A stretch of 53,272 nt of DNA from Perkinsus olseni (taxonomy: Eukaryota), in contig JABANN010000204.1 in the NCBI GenBank assembly GCA_013115125.1, forward strand, positions 1-53,272, given 5' to 3'. This document shows, in pieces, positions 15,601-27,300 of this stretch; the first letter of the stretch is position 1, and every line of letters begins with the position of its first letter. Under the pieces are notes generated by a model. The model had not been told where the DNA came from. It searched no databases and saw only the letters and a list, made by a program, of their open reading frames with translations. Both the position numbers and the translations under genes were made by a program.

Positions 15601-18600
15601 CTTCCGAGGAATGATAATTTCTCCCGTTGGGAGAGGAGATAGATTATGAATCCGCCTGTTGTCCGGTCAAGTTCGGAACGAAGGGGTCCGTACGGCGATG
15701 AGTAATCTCGAGTCCGGTCCGGTTTCATCCATCGTTGAAGGTACGTGAATCGTCACTCTAGAGACATCTCCTTGGTGTATCCCTGGAAGTGCGTTGACGA
15801 GGAGAATCAGTAAGGATCGTGTTGACCGTTGCAAATCAGCAGTCGTCTAATCAGATTGAAACGCCGTCTGAAGACCAAGTCTTGTTGACGCATGCGAACG
15901 GTGTTATCATCTCCGTCCCAGCTGAGCTTTTTGTTGTCAATTCCTTCGCTACTTCGTCATGTCCTTATTGCTTGTCTCGCCGCGAAACCCTCGTAAAAGC
16001 GGAATAGGTCAGTGATGCGTGAATAGGTCGAGTTGTGGTATCATCATAATAGTGACTACATATTCTGCTGAAAGCACGCCGTTGAAGTATTGACTGCGCT
16101 CTGAGCATGACCTTTCCGTTCTAGCTTTGATACTCGAGGACTATATCCATACTTTTTGCGGTGTCTCTTGGCTCAAGATCGAGTCTACCCAGTGCTAACT
16201 CAAGCGCGTCATTGACCGCGGAGTTACCCGTTAGGAAATGAGAGTGATACTAACTACGAATGGGATATCATCGAATGACTCAGACTCGTAGTCCGATGAC
16301 TCGGGAGTAATCCGTAGCTGTGGCACGCATACAGTCCTCCAAAGAAATTTGGGATATCGTCTTTTCGTCTTTTTGTTGTTGCCCTCATCGTTCGTAGAGT
16401 GTTGTGGCGTCCCGGTCATCTCAACACAAGTAGAAATATAGAAAGTAACTATAGAACATACAATACAAACATAGTCTACTCCGACAGCTGCGGGGAGACA
16501 AGCTTTGTGCCAACAATAAGCTACGAAAGGGGGACAGTCTTAGCACAACGTCACGGTCACAACAATTGGGCATCAACAGCCGCCATCTTCAAATGGGACT
16601 CGTTACGCAACGAAATTTATAGGGATACCTTCTACGACCCCACTGAGTGTAACCCCAAAGTTTCAGACCACAACTCTTGATGGGTGCCGAGATCTCGGAG
16701 GGTCCCTCGAAAAATGACATTTTTCACACATATTTGGCACATTTTTAAAATGCGCTAAATAATTTTGGAATACACGGCTTAAAACTCGGAGGGAGGAATC
16801 CCAGTTTTTACTGGGTAAGTACTTGAATTATTAATCTTCCGGTTCATTGCAGCACGCCGATGGAAAAAGTGTCTTCACAATCGCTATCCACCTTAAGTTC
16901 ACCACGATTCTCTGAGTTGTATGCTTGAGATTCGAATCTTTCATCTGCTGTCTTTTTATCACCCGCCGCTCATCTTCGACGTAGCTTCTCATCGGAGCGT
17001 GATAGCGTCAACGATATAAATTACCCGAGCAAGTTCCTGCTGTCATTATCAGGAGTACGGTCGTGGTTGAAAGCGGCTTCATAGCAGTTGATTCCCCAGC
17101 CCTTTACCTCTCGGAAAATGCAGATCCGTCTTTATCGTTCCATTGCTGCTCTGGCTCTCGTCTATAACAACGTCGAAGCTTCGGCCACGGTGCGAACCAT
17201 GGGCGCTTCCGCCGAGCTTTTTCCTGATAGCTTGACCAAGCGTGATAGCGTGAAAGTCCCGTCGATCTGAATTTGAACGGCGTGAAGACTGATATTCGTC
17301 CACAAGTAGCCGAAATCGGCAATTTTGACTACGACTCGCCCGAGCGAAAAGGATGATTCCGAACTTTTAGACCACGCTCTCCCCCGACTACATGTGGAGC
17401 CCTGAGCAGTTTCGTAAAATGAATCAAGAAAAGCTGGTGAGGCTGCCATCAGTTGCTGTCTTGAAGTCACATGAAGTATTTCCTTTAGAGAATCGGCAAC
17501 GAGAAGAGGGAAGCGAGAGGTGTTATGAGTGAGGCGAATCTCCTTCACCATCCTTAGCGGTCTACCATGTACGACTTTCGAAGATTCACGCCCTGCCTCA
17601 GGACGCTGGCGAAGCCTTTATGCAGATGACGGAAAAATAGATGATTTTCCCAGGTTGAGTCGGGAGAGAGTTGTAGGTTACCTCTCTTTGATGATGCTAG
17701 TTGAAGTTTACTCGCGCGTTCTTTCAGAGGATTGGAAGAGACAACAGAGACGCCAGGGGTGATACCGGAATGCTCGCATTCTGTCTTCATCGCTCAATCG
17801 AACTCGCGCAGCATCGAAGCAACCGAAGATTCCTACTCCGTTTCAGGCAAAAGAACGGTTAGTTTTGACGATGGTGAGTACCGCATTCGCAAAGGCTATA
17901 CCAAGGAAACAGACCAGTGGCGTGAAATGATCGGCGAGACGCGTGTAAGTAGCCTTCTCCTTTTCTTTCTGTCTGATACCACAACATTCGAATATCTTTT
18001 CAGAGAATCAAAGCGGATAGGAATCGAAGCAAAGGTGGGACCCGGGGCGTTCTCGGCTGACCCCCCTTGCATCGGGCGGAAGTGTCGTAGCGCCGTGCTA
18101 CTTTTGTAGGGAATTTCCGCGCCAGTACCAAGGCTGGGCAAACGCAGGAGAGTCAAGATTGAAGCGAGTAAAGAGTGCATGTTGAGATACGAATGATGAG
18201 ATGTTGTTGTTGTCTATGAAGTGTCTGTTGTACAAGCTCCGTGTTGAGCTCGTCAGTCTTTCGAGGGCGGCGTTGGTTGTGACGTTCCAGTGAGAAGAGC
18301 ATTAAAACCCGCTAGTCGTACCGGGAGAATCCGAATCAGATAACTCATACTTGGAGTCCCGTGTTCTGGTAACGATGACATCGATAGCCAAAAGGAACTA
18401 CCTGCAGTGATTGATTAACTTTCAGCGATGTGCTCAGATATTGAGAGCTTTCTGCACAAACTATACACGAGATTAGCACGGAATCTTCATAGGGTAGGCT
18501 AGACTTTAAATTTCCATCGGAAACTAGCCTGAGACTCGTCTCAATCCGTGTTTCCACTTCATTGTCAATCACAGTTGAGGTTTTCCACTGTCAAACAACG

Positions 18601-21254
18601 GCCGAATTAACCACAAAGATTGAGTTCGAATTCGATAGCACCTCATTGGTCAGTAGAGAGTCTAGGCCAATAAACTTCTTTAACAAGAGCGGTTTGGTCG
18701 CGTGGTTATCCTGCATGCCTGTAGGCCGAAAGACCCTAGGATCAATTCCAGGTTCCGACTAGTGCGGATTTTGCCGACCACAGCAGTGAAGGTCACCAAT
18801 CGATTGAGATCTCCTTTACCTCCCGATTCGCGTTCAATTAACTCGATGTTGCTTCGACCGCTGCCCCTCCGGTCATGCGCCGTCCGTGTGCGAGTTTTGA
18901 GTCCAACGCCATGAATGGGCTCAATCAGACTAGCACTGATGTATCTTGTTTCAAGAGGGACCAGGTTGGGCACGTCTATTGAGCACAGAAAGCAGCGCTG
19001 AGGCGGAGGGTCGGGCAGACCTGAGATACTTTCTTTCCTCCCGGCAGGATCCGCTTCCACAACTGTTCATGCGGCTGTGTTTCAGATTGGCTCGATAGAT
19101 AAGCGGGAGTGTATGTACGCCGAAACGCAACAGTACGAGAGTGATAAATTAAAAAACATCGTTTTCCATGGGAACAGCCAAAACAACGCACACAAACAAG
19201 AGCGCGAAAGATTCGAAATCATGAATAACCATCTTCAGTCCAAGAAAATGGCGTCCATACCGTTCGGGATGATTCTTCCTCATTGAAAGGCATCGCTCAT
19301 CCGAACCGCGAGATCAGGCTCTCCACCAAGTTCCGTTCGTAACCCATTCGAAAATGTTGAGGGCCTGCAAGTCTGGATGGGACTTCCACCTACCCCAGTG
19401 CAGCCCTTCGAGGTATTCGTTGTAGAGCCGCACTTGCTCCCAAGGGAAAGCAGTGGGAGGAGCCTTCTCACATGTCGGCAATAATTCTTCGAACCTGTCC
19501 GCGTGGAACTTGGGCTGGATAATCCTGAAAGAGACAGAGTGTTGAACAGGAATTAAGAGAAAAAGTTAAAATTTCGAGTTCGCCAACACTCCGTTGCACT
19601 GTGCATTTACTAGTCGCCAAACGCGGGGGGAAGGGGCGTTCAATCCTGAATTTCAGTATCGATTCTGGCATTCGTTTTCACGCCTAACTAGGTTCCAGAA
19701 GTAGTTGATTGAACAGTGGACTAAGGGTTTGTAAGGGTTGCCATTACGACCAGTACAAATAATCCGCGACTAATGACGAAGGGAAAAAGGTGCGAGCGCT
19801 GAATGAGCTCCCCACGAAGGCAATAGCGCTGCCATTCGAGCGGCGGCCTACAATCTATATTTGGGATCATTGGCAGTTTCCATCGCGAAACCAGGCCAGG
19901 CGTCAAACAAATCGTTAAGATAACCTTGGGCGATATCCGTTCCGGAGCTCCGCAATAGAGCTGCTTTGAGGGATGGCGGACTCCTAGTGTGAGAGCTATT
20001 CGCTGCGATCGCTTTTATTAGCGGCTTGCTGAATTTCTTCAACTCATCTTCACCGACTATTATTGAGTAATTGGTTTCCCTGAGAATAATACTGGATATT
20101 CAACAAACTGCCTCTCCTGAGTTTCAACAGCCCACCCAGGATCGTCTTTTACAGGGTAAATTCGATCCTGAGGGCGCTGGTGCAATTCAGGAGAGGCATC
20201 GCCAGGTAGAAAGCGAAACCGACGGCAATGAGATCAGTCACCACCCGTATGAGTATTGTATATGGGCCACGTCAGTCAGGCGGGGATGCTCGTCTTTTGG
20301 GCCTTAAACATATCCGAACACAGTCTGCAAGAGGAGACAAGGTCGACCCTGGTCGAAAACGAAGAGAAAGATACCTTACCCGTGAGTTTTCGCCATCAAT
20401 TGGGAATTCGCCGCGCTCGAGATCATCGGCATTCACAGGAGCAGAACGAAGAGCAGCCGAGTGCGATGATGATATCAAGACAGCGGCTAGGAGCAGTAGT
20501 CTCGACCGAAGGAAAGCGTGGAACGAAGTGGCCATTTCAAGGCAAGGGAACCTCTTGAGAGGACCGTCTTCTTTAAAGTCTACGATCTGGTCGATGAGTG
20601 GTATAGGGCCGGCAATTGGCCCCTTTTCCTGCTCCTTGGTAAACGCAATAGCCAACCATTGGCCCATCACGGTATGCTCCGCGATGAGTCACTTCCAGCT
20701 GCCAAAACAGCGTCACAACGCGACCGCTTCATTCCGAACCAGTAGGTTGAAGCGGGTGAAACTATTCTCGATGCTCGGACGGAGTCGAAGATGAGACCGG
20801 CTGTTCAGTGAAAGAAGAAGAAACCAGGCCTGGGGTCGATCCCGAAGATCGATTTTGGAGACGTGTTCAGGAAACTCGGTCCTGAGATTTACCAGGGTTG
20901 AACGTGAACTTTGAAAAATGTTCTTGAAATCTAATCCTGTGACTAGTCCTAGGGACGTCTGTAGTGTAATCTTGTAGCCACCGGAGATCTCAAAGGGTTC
21001 ATTATCATCGCCATGCAGTGCCAGCCATCTTAATCACTCTGTTTATGGAAAAATCCTCGAGAAAGACAGGCTGCCGGGATCGAACCCGGGCGACCGCGAG
21101 TGACGTCGGAATATTCTTCCGCGCGCCAGGAAATTCCCCCTTCTTCTTTTCACGCGCCACTTTTCGCAGCCTGACTCGCGAGAGGGTGGTGTCGAAAAGT
21201 CACATCGGTGTGGTAAGGCCTCCTCCTCTGCTGCATCAGAACGACTTCGTTCCG

Positions 21255-24136
21255 ATGGCGGCCACTGAAGCGACAGTTCGATCCTTGCGGAGAGCACTGA
21301 CCGAGGCAGGCGCATTGTGGTCTATCACGGACGATGAAGATACCCTCAGAGAGAGGCTACAAGGTGTTCTTGCTCTCTTAGCCGGCCCCTTTGAATGGTG
21401 TCTTAGGTTGACCATGGACGAGTATCCTTCAGGTCGCTCTGGGAGCGAGCTCGGGCGAGAGTGTTCGAGTGATGAGCGTCGGCTCCTGTGCAGTCTTAGG
21501 GAGCTCTCGGTCGTCGTAGTGGACTCTGGGGCCAACACGGACCGAGTTGAGACTGAAGACAAGAGAACGCAGGTGATCATCATCATGAGGAACGAAATTT
21601 GTGGTACACATCTTTTTCTAGTGGATTTCGATTTTTTAGGAGCTCTTCTTCACAATAAAGAGTTCACATGCTCGCCAGGACTTAACGAGGGGGGGGGGCG
21701 TTTATTTTATGATACTTCTTTGCTTGGTACTCGGCGAGGATGTCTATAGATCTTTCATTAGACTCTCAGCGGCATACGGCGAAGTCTTGTCAAGAAGGCT
21801 GTGTTCATTCACGAATGCAAAAAAAGTTAACCCAGTAGTATTTCTTCTTGGGTCAACCTAAAGCCGGGTTTCTATCTTTAAGTTTACCAAAGCCTAGAAA
21901 ATTTTGAATGTACTTTTTGGTATAACAGATGCTGATAAATAAGGTATTCCACTTAGCCGTTTTTCCTGGGATGGTTACGGCGTAACCCTGCATTTGTGCG
22001 ACGTGGATGTCGCTTTCCAGCGGAAGACGTAAAGCCAATACGTCGGTATAAATTTTTCATTGCGCAGCATCTCAGTTTGGCTCTAATATCGGTTCGCATA
22101 GGGTGCTATCTAGATTGATTGATCATACCAACTTTTCCTGAACGGACCTTTGATTAGTATCTGGGGGATACCTGAGTGCTCTTATCATGTTGTTAGGGCA
22201 GGCCTTGATAACGGGTCGAGAAGAGAGGGATGCGGCAGTCCAGACCGATTCTAACGGAGAAGTGGATCGGCTGAAGACGGAACTAGCTTTCGAGAGGCGA
22301 CGTGTGATCAATCTGGAGAGGCAGTATACTAGGTAATATAGGATGGATATTATCTTGTTTGGCGTAGTGGTTAAGATGTCGGGCTTCCTACCTATAGGTC
22401 GTGGGTACGACACTCGGCCCTTGTTTGTATAGCCGGGTAAACTGATGTGTTAGCCTGTCATTTTCTTGAGCATTTGGGAGATGTAATTCTTCCTTGAATT
22501 GAATATAGAGGGGACGTAGAACTGGATAGTGGGGTCGTTACCAACGAGTATTGGCGTGGATTTTTCCATCTTTGTGCGTCCCTTTTTATGTATCTCTCAA
22601 TTTTCTTATCTCTTGATGAGCGCGGGAGGGGACAGGGTCTCTCGCGGAGTCCGAGCGTGGTACAGTAGGAGGACATCTAAAGGGGAAATTCCTTGAGTGG
22701 TTATTCGGCAACTGTGACTTGTAAACATTGGGAACTTCGACTAGAACATTATAATACATTATCGCACTGAGTTGGTGGTATCTCAGGTCGGAGGTCGATC
22801 GATTGGATTTGATAGCTCGTGCCAACACTCTCGAGATCGAATTGCGGCGTCTTGAACAGGAGCTTGCGCACGATAGAGATCTTAATGCTCACAAGCACGC
22901 GAGAGAAGATACCTCATTGAAAGGTAAAGGTAGTGTGCTCAGTTTCCTGCGTCATCGGCCCCTCAGATCTCGGCCGGAGTATCCTTCCGTCTGTGGCGTC
23001 CCCGTGTGGCGTACAGGCTGTCCTGGGTGGTGGAGGGGGACCGACGTTATTACTGTCTATTATGGTAGTGCATTTTGTCGGTGTGAGTGCATCGACTTAG
23101 CTATCGGGAATTCACGTCTCGAGGAGGGTTCTTTGGCGTGAGAGTCTCATCGTTAGTTCATGAAGAATTCTTATGTACTTTACGATAATGATTTGATCTG
23201 TTTGGCACGCATGCATCATTCTAATAGCTCGAAAACGTAATGTTATGAAAGTCAGTAAATCACTATCGGAGAATATTCCATAAAAATAGTATAATAAAAT
23301 TGAGTATTCTTGCGGTAATGATGATGTGTAATAACATATTATCGATAATTTTCGGCTAGGGCTTACTAGTTGCCCTGGCTGTTTTTTCTCAATGCAACAA
23401 CTCTTACTGGTCTAAGAAAATCAGTTTGAATGTAACAGTTGAAATATCTACTGGTTTTCATACCAACTTTTCCCCAATTTCTCTCTGGCGGCGCAAATGC
23501 TTGAAGAATTATCGGAGTATCTTAGGTTGAAGCTGTGTGTACAGGACATGTCAAGCACCAAGATTACTGTTGGGTGGAGATAAGGTTGGCCTCGGACGAT
23601 TCAGGAAGACTGATCGCTGCTGGACGAACGCATGGAGAGAGGTTTTCGGTTGAAGACGGGAGGGAGTTGTCTTTTGGCGGAGCGAAGCTGGAAATGACGT
23701 GCCGGTGTAGGGTTTTACCGTAAAATTGTGAATTTTTTTGAGGTGCGAGTTTGCTGTGAAATATCTTGGTAACGTAGTTGAGAATCTTCGGGCTGGTACG
23801 AGTGTGTATAATTCCGTTACGGATCCTACCGTTTTGTATAACCAAGAAAAAAGATTCTCTTGAGGTTTGAGTATGCTGGGGGAGATAGTTTCTGCGCGAA
23901 GACTGTGAGCTGTTGAACTAAAATTTTTGAAGGGAGATTTTTTTCGTGCGCCGGAAAAATGTAGAATGGCGACGTTTGTCCTCTTTATTCTCATGTTAGT
24001 TTCATCCAGTGCGGCGGAGAGGGCCCTGAAGATGCTGATATGTGTGTGGGGGAAATGTGATGAGGGCAAGGCTTACTTGGCTGAGAAATCGTCACAGTGG
24101 GAGCCTGTGTCGACTCATGAGGAACCTAGAATGTAA
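21255..24136 (+). CDS. Hypothetical coiled-coil protein, multi-exon
   Basis: Consecutive exons MAATEATVRSLRRAL...EDKRTQ | ALITGREERDAAVQTD...LAFERRRVINLERQYT | SEVDRLDLIARANTLEIELRRLEQELAHDR... | VEAVCTGHVKHQDYCWVEIRL... | AAERALKMLICVWGK...EPRM*, each bounded by AG/GT. The 3' end is uncertain. Confidence 0.6.
22360..22420 (+). other. Degenerate tRNA-like sequence (A-box plus decayed B-box), intronic
   Basis: TGGCGTAGTGGTTAAG ... AGGTCGTGGGTACGACACTC at tRNA spacing. No acceptor stem was found. Confidence 0.45.
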
Positions 24137-24397
24137 GGCTTTGTTGAGGATTCGGTTGTGGTCGTGGTGGTAGCATAAATTTGAAGGGAATTCAATTGCT
24201 CGGAGCTGGTGCGATTGGGTGAGGATTTTACAAGGTATCCGTTGGACGGAGGAGGGTATCTTATGTTGAAGCACGTCATAGCCGGAATGACATGATATTA
24301 CTGTGGTATCTTAGCTGGAAGGCGATATTTGTGTTCTGAGTGCTACTAATTGATGCGCAGTTGATCGTCGTCGTCGTAGTTGTTGTTTGTCGTCATT

Positions 24398-27300
24398 ATG
24401 GCGAACATTATTGAGCGGATATCGAGTTGGACTGGAGGTAATATTACAGAGGATGCGGGGACGAGAATGGTGTATAGACTAGAGTATAGCTGAGGCCTTG
24501 ACGGGCTCGTTCAGGCTCGTGACCGGCTCAATTGCGCTTTTTCATGGCCCTTATGATTACTATTAGAAAGTAGAGTAGTTGTGAGCACTTGGGATAACAC
24601 GACCACCGGTGAGGCGAAAGAGTTTTGCTATCGCTCCATGTCAGGCAGACGACTGAGTCGTGCGCCACAACAAACAGTATGAAAGCCTTAGTTGAATCGA
24701 TCACGTCCCTTCCCATAGGTTTTAAGGAGTTTCTATGAGTTGTGTCTGTTAGGTGGCTCGGATGATGAGCAGACGCTGACGGCATTGAGGGAGTTGCTAG
24801 CCGCTGTGACGGCCCCTAGGAGTAGTGTTCATGGCGATGACCTTATTAAGGGCGTTAAGATGTGTTTTGAGGTAAGTATCCGGACGAACAGCCCCCTCTG
24901 GATCGCTACTATCATGAACTGTGTTCATGTATTGAGTAATGGGTTTAATTATTGTACAGATTATATTATGTACTGTATAAATTTATATTGTAAATTGTAG
25001 TATTTATGTATATAATTTATTAATTTATATTATCTGCCTCTTGAACACTCCAGGTCCACCGTTCGCCCAAGTCGTCTGAGTTAGCACAGCGGACGGCCCA
25101 GGCGGTGTTAACTCAAATACTTCACGCTACAGTCCAGCGGGCTGAGATGAGCCCGGCTGATATCCTTGCCGAACAGAGGAAGGTGATATGGACGGGGGAT
25201 CTCGTTGGCAGTCTTCTTGTGAAGCGTTAGCTCAATATTTCATGGAAAATCTTCTCTTGTGAAGTTGTTTTTGATCAGCTATGCGTTACTCGGGTTATCA
25301 AAACACCCTATTTCTGCTTGTGGTCTCTCGACATCTCGACGAATCGTTGCAGATGTTAGTAATTCTTAGCAGTCTCTTGTGAAGGATTCCTGATTAAGAA
25401 AGTGCGTGAAGAATAACCGAGATTGTGAGGAAACATTTCTAAGCGTTTCTCCTCATCATGAACCCGAGAAGGGATTCCTTTTTTCATCACTGTCTGCAAG
25501 TGTTAGCGTGCTGTTGCTACTCATCATTTCAGGCGACCAGCGCGTCTACTAGTGGTATTGTTGGCGGCGAGGCTTCGAGACGGAGTAATAGCGTGTCCTC
25601 GTCTGAGGAGGAGTTATCGGAGGAAGAGAGGAGTAAAGAACAGCATGAGTGGATCGAAAGTCAGGTAGTGTTCACATGGTGGTGTCTTGATAAATTTAGA
25701 TTTTCGTATTTGAATCGGTGTTAGCATTTTGCCGGATAATCGTTAGCTCTCGTTGTGCTGCTGTCAGTCTTCATTTTTATGAAGTTTTTCGTGACCATAT
25801 CGTAGTGCTCTGTTTTCGTTATCTGAGCGATTGAGTTTGAAATTGGTGTGTCTGCGGTTTTTGGTCGTTCTTTTGCAGTGCTTATCTTCGTATCTTAGGT
25901 TGACCAGTGGTTGGACGAGGCTGTTGCGAAAGTGGACCCCTCCGCGCCGAACGAGCGTGGCGAAGCGCCGAAAAAATTCGGATTTTGTATCGTCTGTCGG
26001 AAGCCCGCGCCTCACTATTGTCTGGAAACCAAGGACCCTGTCTGCAGCAAGACGTGCAAGGAGATCAACCTACAGCGGAGGAAGGTTAGTTGGACTTGGT
26101 GGTCTGCTTGTTGTTGTCTATGACGGCTCAGGTGGTGGACGCAGCCTTGCCTGGTGAAAGTCCGGCGGCGGACGCGGACGCTGCCTCAGAGTTGCCCGAG
26201 GGTGATGATGAGGTTGATGTCGAGGAGCGATCGGAATTGTATCAGGAGGATGCGTTGAGGGTGTTCTCAACACTATGTAATTTGGGATGTGGGGTTAGGG
26301 AGTATTTTACGCGCCATAATTTTATCTGGTGGAGTTCCAGCTGAGGTATGGGAAACAAATTTCACATTGTTGTTCTTCGAGAAATTTACATTTGGCGGGT
26401 GAGAATCGCGTTATGCACATCACAGATGTCTGAAGGGAGTGGTTCTTTGGGATCGAATGCCCGACGGATAAATTGATTTTATTCGATACAGCTCACCGTG
26501 GGAGTGATAATACACAGCTATCTACGTTGTAGCCCACAACAGGTGGGTGGTGCAATAATTCGGGCCTGCTGTGGGTTACAACAAAGATTGCTATATAGTA
26601 TTACTCCACGCGATGCGATGTATCGAAGCACATGAACAAATACGTCGGACACTTGATACCAAAAAATCACTCCCTCCAGACACCTGTGACATGGGGTGTT
26701 TTGCACTCGCGCGCTTCCCGTAATACGGGTGATCCTCTATTAATTTTCACCTCTACCGATGGATATATATTTTTTTATTTCTACTGCCTTGTTTATTATC
26801 TTTATCTCATATCAAGTTAGTGTCGTATACGGTATTCTATCAATAACCTCGACCCAAGTCACTTGCGCGCGTTCAGTTTTGTGTCGGTTGTCTCCTCCGA
26901 TAGAAACCGTGCGCGTTGTTATCGAATGCATTGTTCGAAGAGTATCTTTCTGTCCTAAGTTTAGCAGTGATTGACCTTGGACTGTGAATATCGTCTCGCT
27001 CGGCCGCAGCATTACTGAGAGACATGATAATGCGGTTTCGAAACGGTTTGTGAATCCCCTCTTCTCGTGCATGTCTGCGTAAATTTGCGCAATACTTTTA
27101 CCCGGTTTACTTTACTGGAAAAAATGAGTACTGAAAATGAGTAAAAAATTTGTTGAATCAGTTCATTCGTTTACTGCGTATTTAGTACAGCTAAAATTGC
27201 TACGTGCGTGTCCCCTTGAAATCATGCGTGCTAAGCCTCGCTCGTATTGAAGGTACGATCTCGCTGTACGGTACGTTGGAGCCTCCCGAAGATGGCGATC

